From: a virus
Taxonomy: Duplodnaviria > Heunggongvirae > Uroviricota > Caudoviricetes
Virus record (IMG/VR): IMGVR_UViG_3300032038_000014
Span: 1 to 64,000 of that record
DNA: 64,000 nucleotides
Reading direction: 5' to 3' (one strand)
The position numbers and the translations under genes are program-made. Numbering within the stretch: the stretch's first letter is position 1; the number at the start of each line of letters is the position of its first letter. Shown here in pieces: positions 8,718 through 17,281 of the stretch. The notes below the pieces were generated by a model, which saw nothing but the letters and a program-made list of their open reading frames with translations, was not told the DNA's origin and did not search any database.

Positions 8718-9590
8718 ATGCCAGTTAATGATGACTTAGGAAAAAGAATGAAAGAAAATTATGAGCAAGTTTCCAAAACTCGTTTGGTAAAAAGAATGCC
8801 AGTAGCAATTAGACTGGACGGAAAAGCCTTTCATACTTTTACAAAAGGTTTTCAAAAACCATTTGATCAAATTTTAATGAGAACTATGCAAGAAACCATG
8901 AAGTATCTTTGTGAGAATATTCAAGGCTGCGTATTTGGATATACACAATCTGATGAAATTACTCTCATTCTTAAAGATTACACAAAACTTGAAACTTCTG
9001 CATGGTTTGACTATGAAGTTCAAAAAATGTGTTCTGTGTCTGCTTCAATGGCAACTATGGCTTTTAATCACATCTTTTCTCAAAAGGTTGTAGATTATAA
9101 CAACGCTCTTTATGAAGCATGGAATATATCTAATGATGATATAAAATATTCAGACACTTTACTTAATGCAGCTCAAAAAGGAGCAATGTTTGATGCTCGT
9201 TGTTTCAACATTCCAAAAGAAGAAGTTGCTAATTTAATCTATTGGCGTCAAGTTGATGCAGTTAGAAATTCTATTCAAATGGTTGGGCAAGCTAACTTTT
9301 CACAAAAACAACTTCATGGAAAATCTTGTAATATGATTCAAGATATGCTTCTTCAAGAAAAAAATATTAATTGGAATCATTTTTCAACCGATTGTAAAAG
9401 AGGAAGTTGTTGCATTAAAAATCATTATAATATAGATGGAATTTCTCTCTTTAGACCTGGAAGATTCGGAGAATGGATTATTGACCGAAATATTCCAACA
9501 TTTAAAGGTGGAGATAGATATTATATCGAAAAATTCCTTAAATCTGATGATGAAAAAACTCAAGAAGAATTAAAAATGGGAATTGTATAA
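8718..9590 (+). CDS. Thg1-like protein (tRNA-His guanylyltransferase family; 3'-5' nucleotidyl addition / tRNA 5'-end repair)
   Basis: N-terminal KRMKENYEQ...PVAIRLDGKAFHTFTKGFQKPFDQ...MQETM matches the conserved Thg1/TLP core (KxMKxYE, vRlDGraFhkF, eKPnD). Strong AGGAGG RBS. Confidence 0.65.
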   Translation: MPVNDDLGKRMKENYEQVSKTRLVKRMPVAIRLDGKAFHTFTKGFQKPFDQILMRTMQETMKYLCENIQGCVFGYTQSDEITLILKDYTKLETSAWFDYEVQKMCSVSASMATMAFNHIFSQKVVDYNNALYEAWNISNDDIKYSDTLLNAAQKGAMFDARCFNIPKEEVANLIYWRQVDAVRNSIQMVGQANFSQKQLHGKSCNMIQDMLLQEKNINWNHFSTDCKRGSCCIKNHYNIDGISLFRPGRFGEWIIDRNIPTFKGGDRYYIEKFLKSDDEKTQEELKMGIV

Positions 9591-9811
9591 TGAAAACTAA
9601 AGAACAAATTGAAAAAGAAATCGGCTTTGGAGATTGTTTTACCGTCGATGAGTTTGCAGACTATGTAACAAAGGGTTATTTTAATCGTTATGATGGAGTC
9701 GGATATTTTCATGACGGAGAAAATCAAACTAGAATTAGTGTTTGGGCTGATGTCGATACAGTACTCGAAGCAAGAGATACTTATCCGTATGTAATGTGGT
9801 ATAACAAATAG
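9590..9811 (+). CDS. Hypothetical protein (73 aa)
   Basis: Start overlaps the stop of the Thg1-like gene (TAATG). Confidence 0.4.
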   Translation: MKTKEQIEKEIGFGDCFTVDEFADYVTKGYFNRYDGVGYFHDGENQTRISVWADVDTVLEARDTYPYVMWYNK

Positions 9812-9826
9812 AAGAAAGGAGTTATT

Positions 9827-10624
9827 ATGACAGTTCAAGATAGAGTAATAGATCATTTAGTAGAAGCATCTGATATGTTTGCTTCTGATAGAATAGTTGG
9901 AATATTCCTTCAAGGAAGCCAAAACTATGGTCTTGAATTGCCTACTTCTGATGTAGACACAAAACTCATAGTAACTCCTTCCTTTGAAGAAATAGCTCTT
10001 AATAAAAAACCTCGTAGCACAACTCATATACGAGCCAATAACGAACATACTGATATAAAAGATATAAGACTTTATATGGATACTTTCAAGAAACAGAATC
10101 TTAATTTCCTTGAAATATTATTTACTCCATATAAATCTGTTAATGTTATGTATGAAGATCAGTGGGATCGTCTTGTTACCAGAAAAGAAGATATAGCAAG
10201 AATGAATCCTTATAGAGCGGTAAAATCTATGAAGGGTATAGCTATGGAGAAATGGCATGCTATGGAGCATGAATATCCAAGTAAAGTTGATGTTCTCGCT
10301 AAATTCGGTTATGATCCGAAACAGCTTCATCATCTTCTTCGTGTTGAAGATTATATAGAACGCTATATAGCTGGAGAACCATATGCGGATTGCTTGCGGC
10401 CATCCGATCCTGGGTATCTCATGGACGTGAAAATCGGAGTATTAAATTTAGATCTTGCCCGTCGTATAGGCCAACGAGCAATTGATCATGTAATAGAAAT
10501 GGCAGATAATTTTTGTAATAATATTGAGCCAAGTGAAGATCCGGATTGCGTTGAACTTCTTCGCGATGTTCAAATGGAAATAATGAAAAGGTCAATAAAA
10601 AAGGAGATAGCACATGGGATATAA
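9827..10624 (+). CDS. Pol-beta-superfamily nucleotidyltransferase (RNA-repair-associated predicted NTase type)
   Basis: GS-x10-DVD motif (GSQNYGLELPTSDVDTKL) = hG[GS]x9-13Dh[DE]. ~265 aa with a helical C-terminal domain. GAAGGAG RBS. Confidence 0.55.
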   Translation: MTVQDRVIDHLVEASDMFASDRIVGIFLQGSQNYGLELPTSDVDTKLIVTPSFEEIALNKKPRSTTHIRANNEHTDIKDIRLYMDTFKKQNLNFLEILFTPYKSVNVMYEDQWDRLVTRKEDIARMNPYRAVKSMKGIAMEKWHAMEHEYPSKVDVLAKFGYDPKQLHHLLRVEDYIERYIAGEPYADCLRPSDPGYLMDVKIGVLNLDLARRIGQRAIDHVIEMADNFCNNIEPSEDPDCVELLRDVQMEIMKRSIKKEIAHGI

Positions 10625-11396
10625 TAAGTGGTATGTTTCCGGCGATACACATGCAAATTTTTCTCGGTTTCATGCTTTAAAAGAGGAGAAAGATATTGCA
10701 GTAATCGTTCTTGGAGATACTGCTCTTAATTGGAATCTTAATGAGCATGATACCAGCCTAAAAGCATCTCTCAGTAAACGCTGGCCTGAGATTACATGGT
10801 ACATCCTTCGTGGAAACCATGATGCAAGGCCATCCGCAGTCCAAAATATAAAAACAGATTGGGACGATGAAGTTCAAGGATATGTAATGTATGAGCCAAA
10901 TTTTCTCAATATTCGTTATCTACTGGATGGAGGTGAATATATTATAGATGGCTATTCTGTTCTTACTATTGGAGGGGCTTATTCAGTAGATAAATATTAT
11001 CGTCTTGAAAATGGTTTTAGATGGTTTTCTGATGAACAATTAACTGAAAAAGAAATGAGAAATATCGAAAACATTGTTCGTAGTAAAAACTATGACTTTG
11101 TTATGACTCATACTTGTCCATATTCTTGGCGTCCTGTAGATTTATTCCTATCTGGATTAGATCAATCAACAGTTGATAATACTATGGAATTATGGTTGGA
11201 AGGATTAAAAGATGCTTTTACTTGGAATATTTGGTTGTTTGGTCATTATCATGCAGATCGTCTTGAGCGTCCGCATGTAGAGCAGTACTTTAATACAATA
11301 GAAGAATTATCTACTATATGGAATCGTTGGAACGATGAAAGTCGAGAATTAGAATGGTGGATAAGAAAAGCTCCTAATTATTATATGGGTGCTTAA
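10614..11396 (+). CDS. Calcineurin-like metallophosphoesterase
   Basis: Motifs GDTHAN, GDTALN, RGNHD, GHYH. Confidence 0.65.
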   Translation: MGYNKWYVSGDTHANFSRFHALKEEKDIAVIVLGDTALNWNLNEHDTSLKASLSKRWPEITWYILRGNHDARPSAVQNIKTDWDDEVQGYVMYEPNFLNIRYLLDGGEYIIDGYSVLTIGGAYSVDKYYRLENGFRWFSDEQLTEKEMRNIENIVRSKNYDFVMTHTCPYSWRPVDLFLSGLDQSTVDNTMELWLEGLKDAFTWNIWLFGHYHADRLERPHVEQYFNTIEELSTIWNRWNDESRELEWWIRKAPNYYMGA

Positions 11397-11427
11397 AAAG
11401 GAAGGGTTGAAACCTTCCTTTTATTTA
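11396..11427 (+). terminator. Rho-independent terminator
   Basis: GGAAGGGTT gaa AACCTTCC stem followed by TTTTATTTATT; the T-run doubles as the upstream part of the next promoter. Confidence 0.6.
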
Positions 11428-11456
11428 TTGATTTTTTATTAAAAATTTGTTATAAT
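11428..11456 (+). promoter_or_regulatory. Sigma70-like promoter (TTGATT, 17 bp spacer, extended -10 TGTTATAAT)
   Basis: TTGATT at 11428-11433, TATAAT at 11451-11456. Confidence 0.5.
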
Positions 11457-11490
11457 AAATTATAAGAAAAAATTAAGGATAGAGATTTTT

Positions 11491-12279
11491 ATGAAATATT
11501 TTATTGACTTTGAAGCAACTCAGTTTTCTAACGAAATCATCTCGATTGGTTGCGTTAGAGAAAACGGAGATGAATTTTATTCATTAGTAAATCCAAAAAA
11601 GAAAATAACTGCTTTTATTACGGAGTTAACTGGTATTACAGATGAAATGCTCCAGACAGCTCCTACACCAGAGCAGGTTTTTAGTCAGTTTTTTGATTGG
11701 TGTGCAGAAGTCGAAGATGATTTACCTATTTTTTATTGCTATGGTAATTCAGATATTCATTTTGTACAAAAGAATTTTAGCAAGTCAAAGAATTTTAAAG
11801 CCAAGAATATTCTTGGGTATCTCTATTCCGATCTTTATGACTATGAGCCTATGGTCAGAAAGCATTTTGGTTTAATTCAAGCTGTAAGTTTAATTAAAGT
11901 TACTAATTATTACAAGCAGGAAGAAATAACTCAAAATCATAATGCTTTATCAGATGCTAAAATGTTAAAGTTTGTTTATGAACAGATACAAGAACACACT
12001 CCATCTGAAGATAGAGATGCTTTTCCAGAATATCAGAGTAAACAGACTCAGCCTCAGGAAGATTGGTCTAAATATACCGTTCATAGAATCAAAAAAGGAA
12101 AAATTGAAGAAACTTTTGTTGGCATGGATGCGGCCGTTGATTGGGTATTTAATCAGCTTCCAGATAATGGTGAAAAAGATAAAGTTATTCGTAAAAATTT
12201 AGCAAATAAGATTAAAAATTCTAGTAATACACGAAAGAAATATTTAACTTATCGTTGGAAAGTGGAAAAAAAGAAATAA
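11491..12279 (+). CDS. DEDD-family 3'-5' exonuclease (DnaQ/RNase T-like)
   Basis: Exo I motif FIDFEAT near the N-terminus, Exo II-like YGNSDIHF, Exo III-like HNALSDA. Confidence 0.6.
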   Translation: MKYFIDFEATQFSNEIISIGCVRENGDEFYSLVNPKKKITAFITELTGITDEMLQTAPTPEQVFSQFFDWCAEVEDDLPIFYCYGNSDIHFVQKNFSKSKNFKAKNILGYLYSDLYDYEPMVRKHFGLIQAVSLIKVTNYYKQEEITQNHNALSDAKMLKFVYEQIQEHTPSEDRDAFPEYQSKQTQPQEDWSKYTVHRIKKGKIEETFVGMDAAVDWVFNQLPDNGEKDKVIRKNLANKIKNSSNTRKKYLTYRWKVEKKK

Positions 12280-12302
12280 ATTATAGAAAGGAGAATTATT
12301 AA

Positions 12303-13742
12303 ATGAGTGAGCATGTAGGTTACATTGTAGAAGTTAAGCAGCTTCGTGAACACTCTAATGCAGATCGTATGCGTGTAGCAACTTTCTTCGGAAATGATAC
12401 TTGCGTAGATTTGAATGTTAAGATTGGTGATAAAGGAATTTATTTTCCAACTGACCTTCAGCTTTCTGTAGAGTTTTGTGAACAGAATAATCTCGTTCGT
12501 AAAAAGGACGAAAATGGAAACAACATTGGTGGATATATGGATCCTTCCAAGAGAAATGTTTCAACTATTAAGCTGCGTGGAGAAAAGTCTGATGGACTAT
12601 ATCTTCCAATTGAATGTCTTGCTTATACTGGAATTGATCTTAATTCCCTTTCTGTAGGAACTCCAATTGATGTAATTAATGCACATGAAATTTGTTGCAA
12701 ATATATCCCTCGTGGAAAAGTGCGTCATAGTAACAAGGAAGGTAATAGAACTCGTAAAAAGAAAGTTCCAGTAGCACCTCTATTTACAGAGCATGCAGAT
12801 ACAGAACAGCTTGCATATAATCTTGGAGAATTCCACCCTGGAGATCTTCTTGAAATCACTCTTAAAATGCACGGAACTTCACAGCGTACAGCATATGTTC
12901 CAGTTTTGAAAGGTTTTAAGAAAACTTTTTGGGAGAAAATCTGCGGGAAGCCAGGTCAGCCGATCTATGATTGGGGATATGTTTCTGGAACTCGTAGAAC
13001 TGTTCTTGACAACTTTGATGGTGGATTTTATGGATCTAATGACTTCCGTGAACCTCATTCTAAATTCTTTGAGGGAAAACTCCATAAGGGAGAAGAAGTA
13101 TATTATGAAGTAGTAGGTTTCCAGACTTCTGGAGCACCTATTATGGGATCTGCTGCAAACAAGAAAACTGCTGATAAGGAATTCATCAAACAGTATGGAG
13201 ATACAACTGTATTCTCTTATGGTTGCTCTCCAGAAGGATATAAGACAATGTATGGAAATGATGATATGGGAGCTTTTGAACTTCCAGTTGCTCTTCCTCA
13301 GTCTGATTTCTATGTATATAGAATGACTATGACAAATGAGGACGGGGATGTTATCGAATACACTCCAGAATATATGCGTTACCGTTGTGAGCAGATGGGA
13401 TGTAAAACAGTACCAGTTCTTGCAAAGGCATATGTTGATGAAAATTGTGTAGAAATTCTATGGGCTGCTAATCCTGCGGCCATCGATCATGCGATCACAT
13501 CAGCGGAGTCTCTTGGAGACGGAGTGCGTCAGGTAGCAGAATATTTCTACGATGGTCCAGATCCAGTTGGAAAGACTCATGTTCGTGAGGGTGTAGTTGT
13601 TAGAATTGTAAATAAACCAAAATTCTGTGCGTTTAAACATAAGAATTTCTACTTCAAGGCTCTTGAAGGAATCATAAAAGCAAGCGCTGAAGCACCAGAT
13701 ATGGAAGAAGCAGAAGAGGTTCTTAATGAAACAGCAGAATAA
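12303..13742 (+). CDS. ATP-dependent RNA ligase (Rnl2-like nucleotidyltransferase) fused to an N-terminal tRNA-binding OB-fold domain
   Basis: N-terminal VGYIVEVKQLREHSNADRMRVATF resembles EMAP/Trbp111-type tRNA-binding domains. KMHGTS matches the KxHGT(N) motif I of T4 Rnl2-type ligases. GC3-richer codon usage than neighbouring genes. Confidence 0.55.
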   Translation: MSEHVGYIVEVKQLREHSNADRMRVATFFGNDTCVDLNVKIGDKGIYFPTDLQLSVEFCEQNNLVRKKDENGNNIGGYMDPSKRNVSTIKLRGEKSDGLYLPIECLAYTGIDLNSLSVGTPIDVINAHEICCKYIPRGKVRHSNKEGNRTRKKKVPVAPLFTEHADTEQLAYNLGEFHPGDLLEITLKMHGTSQRTAYVPVLKGFKKTFWEKICGKPGQPIYDWGYVSGTRRTVLDNFDGGFYGSNDFREPHSKFFEGKLHKGEEVYYEVVGFQTSGAPIMGSAANKKTADKEFIKQYGDTTVFSYGCSPEGYKTMYGNDDMGAFELPVALPQSDFYVYRMTMTNEDGDVIEYTPEYMRYRCEQMGCKTVPVLAKAYVDENCVEILWAANPAAIDHAITSAESLGDGVRQVAEYFYDGPDPVGKTHVREGVVVRIVNKPKFCAFKHKNFYFKALEGIIKASAEAPDMEEAEEVLNETAE

Positions 13743-13920
13743 ACTTTGCCCCTATAGAAAAGAAATCATAGTAACTGATTATCACTGGGAGGGGAATACT
13801 CCTCTTCCAGGAGCTTACTATGAAAGTTTTGGAGAATGTTATGGTGAATTATGTGCGGCCTGGCTTGAAGATCATTTTACTGGTTTTGAAGGTTGTGCAT
13901 TAGCGAGGAAAATGAAATGA
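13726..13920 (+). CDS. Hypothetical Cys-rich small protein (64 aa) overlapping gene ends
   Basis: ORF overlaps the ligase stop and the NADAR start; uncertain whether it is translated. Confidence 0.3.
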   Translation: MKQQNKLCPYRKEIIVTDYHWEGNTPLPGAYYESFGECYGELCAAWLEDHFTGFEGCALARKMK

Positions 13921-14354
13921 ATAAAATAGATTGTTTTGATGGAGATTTTGCTTTTTTAAGTAACTTCTATCCTTCTCTTATTAAGGAGGATGGATTAGAG
14001 TATCCTACTGTGGAGCATTATTTTCAAGCAATGAAAACTAATGATATATATGGTCGAAGACTTGTAGCAGTAGCTAGTACTCCTGGTAAAGCAAAACGAA
14101 TCGGACGCAATCTTCGTTTACGCAGAGATTGGGAAAATGTGAAATATGATGTAATGAAACATGCTGTTCATGAAAAATTTCTTGATGCAACTCTACGTAA
14201 ACAACTTCTCTCTACTGGAGATGCATATCTTGAAGAAGGAAACACTTGGCATGATAATATATGGGGCAATTGTCATTGTGAAAAATGTAAAGATATTCAA
14301 GGTACAAATTGGTTAGGAACTATTCTGATGGAAGAACGAAAAAATTGTCAATAG
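13917..14354 (+). CDS. NADAR (YbiA/DUF1768) domain protein
   Basis: DGDFAFLSNFYPS...LEYPTVEHYFQAMK matches the NADAR signature (F-x-x-x-x-x-LSNFYP ... EH-x-FQ-x-x-K). Start chosen at ATG 13917 with a GAGGAAA RBS; the upstream TTG at 13893 is less likely. Confidence 0.65.
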   Translation: MNKIDCFDGDFAFLSNFYPSLIKEDGLEYPTVEHYFQAMKTNDIYGRRLVAVASTPGKAKRIGRNLRLRRDWENVKYDVMKHAVHEKFLDATLRKQLLSTGDAYLEEGNTWHDNIWGNCHCEKCKDIQGTNWLGTILMEERKNCQ

Positions 14355-14376
14355 GAGGGAGCTTAAAACCTCCTAT

Positions 14377-14404
14377 TGATTTTTTTATAAAATTTTGTTA
14401 TAAT
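14377..14404 (+). promoter_or_regulatory. Sigma70-like promoter overlapping the preceding terminator hairpin (14352-14376)
   Basis: TAGGAGGGAGCTTAAAACCTCCTA hairpin, then TTGATTTTTTT ... TTGTTATAAT. Confidence 0.5.
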
Positions 14405-14433
14405 ATATATGATAAAAAGAGAGAAAAAGAAAA

Positions 14434-15177
14434 ATGACATATACAACTAATATAACAGATGTTAATCCATATCATATTTGGATTGGTGATTATGGATTAA
14501 CAACAGATAATAAAACAACACAATTAGTAAATACTTATTTAAGCAATATTACTTATAAAGACCTCGAAGAAAAATTCGAGAGAAAGGAGTCAGATATAAT
14601 GAGTTTTGATTTTGGTAACATGTTTAATGGTATGTTCAAGCCTGTTGGACGTGGAATGTGTAAAATCGGAATGAATGGCAAGGTTGCTATTAAGACTTCT
14701 TCTGGTTACAAAACCTTTGACATTGATAAGAGAAAACTCGTTAACTGTGATAGTTTCGCTTTCGACATGGATGGTGCTTTTTGGGTAGTCCCAACATTTA
14801 AAGTCGAAAAGGGAGACATTATTCTCGTTAATGGAAAACCTCGTAGTGTCATTGAAGTAAAGGAAAATTCAATCAAAACTTTCTCTTATGAGGATAGTAC
14901 AATTGATGAAATTATTCCAGAACATCACGTCTTCCTTGGCAAAACTTACTGCTACGGCAAAATCTTCAGTCCTTTCATGAATATGGCTAAGGACAATGGA
15001 GAAGGTATGTCATCACTTATGAACATGATGATGATGAGTCAGATGTTTAGCGGAAACTCCAATGATGGAATGAATCCATTTATGATGATGATGCTTATGA
15101 ATGGAAATGATAACCCATTTGCAAATCTTTTTGAAGGAGCATTTAACTTTGGAGTAGATGAAGAAAGTGAGGGTTAA
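14434..15177 (+). CDS. Hypothetical protein with Met-rich low-complexity C-terminus (247 aa)
   Basis: C-terminal MNMMMMSQMF...PFMMMMLMNG tracts. 3 nt from the downstream vWA gene, so translational coupling is likely. Confidence 0.5.
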   Translation: MTYTTNITDVNPYHIWIGDYGLTTDNKTTQLVNTYLSNITYKDLEEKFERKESDIMSFDFGNMFNGMFKPVGRGMCKIGMNGKVAIKTSSGYKTFDIDKRKLVNCDSFAFDMDGAFWVVPTFKVEKGDIILVNGKPRSVIEVKENSIKTFSYEDSTIDEIIPEHHVFLGKTYCYGKIFSPFMNMAKDNGEGMSSLMNMMMMSQMFSGNSNDGMNPFMMMMLMNGNDNPFANLFEGAFNFGVDEESEG

Positions 15178-15179
15178 TT

Positions 15180-16064
15180 ATGGGAAGCGGAAGTTGGTCA
15201 AGTACGGTATATGATAGTTATACAACTGCAACAAAAGGAATGAGCACTGCTGCATATGCATCAGCAGTAAATCTTTCAACACAAGACATTTTCAAAAGCG
15301 TTAGCCTTCATAAGGATCTCAATCCAATGAATGTAATACGTGAGTGTTGCGATAGCGAGGAGCATCCAAACACTTTTCCAGTTATCCTCGCTCTTGATGT
15401 AACTGGAAGTATGGGCCAAGCCGCTATTAAAACTGCTCAGAAGCTCAATGATATTATGACTGATTTATATGCAGATAAAGATCTTCCAGATATTGAATTC
15501 TGCATTATGGGAATCGGAGATTGTTCTTGCGATAGATTTCCAATTCAAATTTCTCAGTTTGAATCTGATATTCGTATTGCTGAACAGCTTGACCAGATTT
15601 TCTTTGAATTTGGTGGTGGCGGAAATAAATACGAAAGCTATACTGCGGCTTGGTATATGGGGGCTAGACATTGTAAACTTGATTGCTGGGAGAGAGGTCA
15701 AAAAGGTTTAATTATTACCATGGGTGATGAACTTCCTAATCCTTATATTCCAATTAGAGGAATGAGAGATGGAGGCCTCAATGAGGTAACGGGTGATTCC
15801 CTTCAGGATGATATTGAAACTAAAGATCTTCTTCCAGAAGTACTTGAAAAGTTTAATGTATATCATCTTTCAATAGATGATTCAAGTTCGTCATATAGCT
15901 ATCATCAGAGACTTGGAATTGATGAAGAATGGACAGAGTTACTTGGAGACCATTACCAAGTATGCAATCTTGATAATCTCCCAAAAGTAATTACTGAAAT
16001 TGTTATAGCCAATAGCAAAGGAGGAGGAATTACTGTTAATTCTGATTCTGAAATAGTTTGGTAA
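15180..16064 (+). CDS. von Willebrand factor A (vWA) domain protein
   Basis: MIDAS motif D-x-T-G-S-M in VILALDVTGSMGQAA, downstream ITMGDE. Confidence 0.6.
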   Translation: MGSGSWSSTVYDSYTTATKGMSTAAYASAVNLSTQDIFKSVSLHKDLNPMNVIRECCDSEEHPNTFPVILALDVTGSMGQAAIKTAQKLNDIMTDLYADKDLPDIEFCIMGIGDCSCDRFPIQISQFESDIRIAEQLDQIFFEFGGGGNKYESYTAAWYMGARHCKLDCWERGQKGLIITMGDELPNPYIPIRGMRDGGLNEVTGDSLQDDIETKDLLPEVLEKFNVYHLSIDDSSSSYSYHQRLGIDEEWTELLGDHYQVCNLDNLPKVITEIVIANSKGGGITVNSDSEIVW

Positions 16065-16076
16065 GGAGGGTTTGCG

Positions 16077-17243
16077 ATGAAAGATATTAAGATTGTCATC
16101 GGCGCCAATTATGGTGATGAGGGTAAAGGATTAGTTACTAGGCACTTTGTTCGAGAAGCTAGTAATCCAATTGTTATACTTCATAATGGAACCGCACAGA
16201 GAGGACATACTGTTGATTATGGTCCAAACTGTCGCCATATATACCATCATTTTGGTAGCGGCACAGCTGACAATACACCTACCTTCTTCGCAGATACTTT
16301 CTGGATTCATCCAATGAGTTTTACTCTTGAGTGGAAAGAATTGGAATATAAAGGTGTTAAGGTACCTAGGTCTTTTGCAGATGATAAATGTAGAGTAGTT
16401 ACTCCATTTGATATGTTTGCAGACCATGCAACTGAAGCATATATTCAGTTAGAAAGAGGCGAACGAGAATTCGGTTCTTGCGGCCTAGGTACCTGGTGCG
16501 CGACGGATAGGTTTCCAGTTCATTCTTATTTGCTTAAATCTTGGTATAAAGCCGTACAAGGTTGTCTTAATAATCAAGAAGCATATTATGTTAGTTTAAT
16601 GGAACACTCTCTTGACGAGTGTTTAAAAGTATTAAAATCTCGTAAGGTTGATTTAGAAAAATTACCTACTTATAAAAGATATTTTGATAAAACAGATGGT
16701 CTTTTTAAATATCTGTGCAATAACTTTTTAAGAGATTTAATTTTCTTCTTTGGTCATTGTGAGCGTATTAGCTTTGATAATATTTATGATAGATATAACA
16801 CTTTAATTTTTGAAAATGGACAGGGTCTTGGTCTTGATATGGATGTCGACAATGATTGGCATACTACTTCGCATACGGGTTTGGTAAATCCTATGGCGTT
16901 ACTTGCGGGCAGGACCGATCCTCAAGTCGAGGTATGTTATGTTACACGCTCATATCTTACTCGTCATGGAGTAGGACCGTTAGAAGAAACGGTTAAAAAA
17001 ACAGAAATAAATGCAACAATGCATGATTTAACCAATGTACCAAATGAATTTCAGGGCACTCTTCGATATGGTTATCTAGATGATGTTGCACAAGCAGCTA
17101 GAATAGAAAAGGATTGGAATCTGGCCGCAGGTTTATCGAATTTTAAAAAGACAATGGCAGTAACTCATTGTAATGAGTTTGAGGATCTTTATCAGAAAGC
17201 AAATTATGTTAGTTATAATCCATATAGTATATTAAAACGGTAA
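16077..17243 (+). CDS. Adenylosuccinate synthetase family protein (PurA-like; PurZ-like candidate)
   Basis: N-terminal P-loop IVIGANYGDEGKGL (PurA GxxWGDEGKGK), GTAQRGHT (PurA GGHNAGHT), and GSCGLGTW in the GTTGRGIGP position. Shorter than bacterial PurA (388 aa). Confidence 0.65.
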   Translation: MKDIKIVIGANYGDEGKGLVTRHFVREASNPIVILHNGTAQRGHTVDYGPNCRHIYHHFGSGTADNTPTFFADTFWIHPMSFTLEWKELEYKGVKVPRSFADDKCRVVTPFDMFADHATEAYIQLERGEREFGSCGLGTWCATDRFPVHSYLLKSWYKAVQGCLNNQEAYYVSLMEHSLDECLKVLKSRKVDLEKLPTYKRYFDKTDGLFKYLCNNFLRDLIFFFGHCERISFDNIYDRYNTLIFENGQGLGLDMDVDNDWHTTSHTGLVNPMALLAGRTDPQVEVCYVTRSYLTRHGVGPLEETVKKTEINATMHDLTNVPNEFQGTLRYGYLDDVAQAARIEKDWNLAAGLSNFKKTMAVTHCNEFEDLYQKANYVSYNPYSILKR

Positions 17244-17281
17244 AATAAAATAATTGCTATCACTAGCAATTATTTTATTTA

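Noticed and set aside
8911-9093. 60-aa ORF inside the Thg1-like gene; likewise the antisense ORFs 9560..9856, 9857..10048, 10118..10333 and 10419..10673
   Set aside because: All are embedded in or antisense to well-supported genes, lack RBSs, and have Phe/Ile/Leu-rich AT-driven composition.
13893-13916. Longer TTG-initiated start for the NADAR gene (ORF-track start)
   Set aside because: The downstream ATG at 13917 has a properly spaced GAGGAAA RBS and begins the conserved domain. The TTG extension overlaps the upstream small ORF.
16077-17243. Calling the PurA homologue definitively PurZ
   Set aside because: DatZ (HD) and MazZ (MazG-like) partners were not found in the window and pocket residues cannot be verified by eye. 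It is kept as a candidate only.
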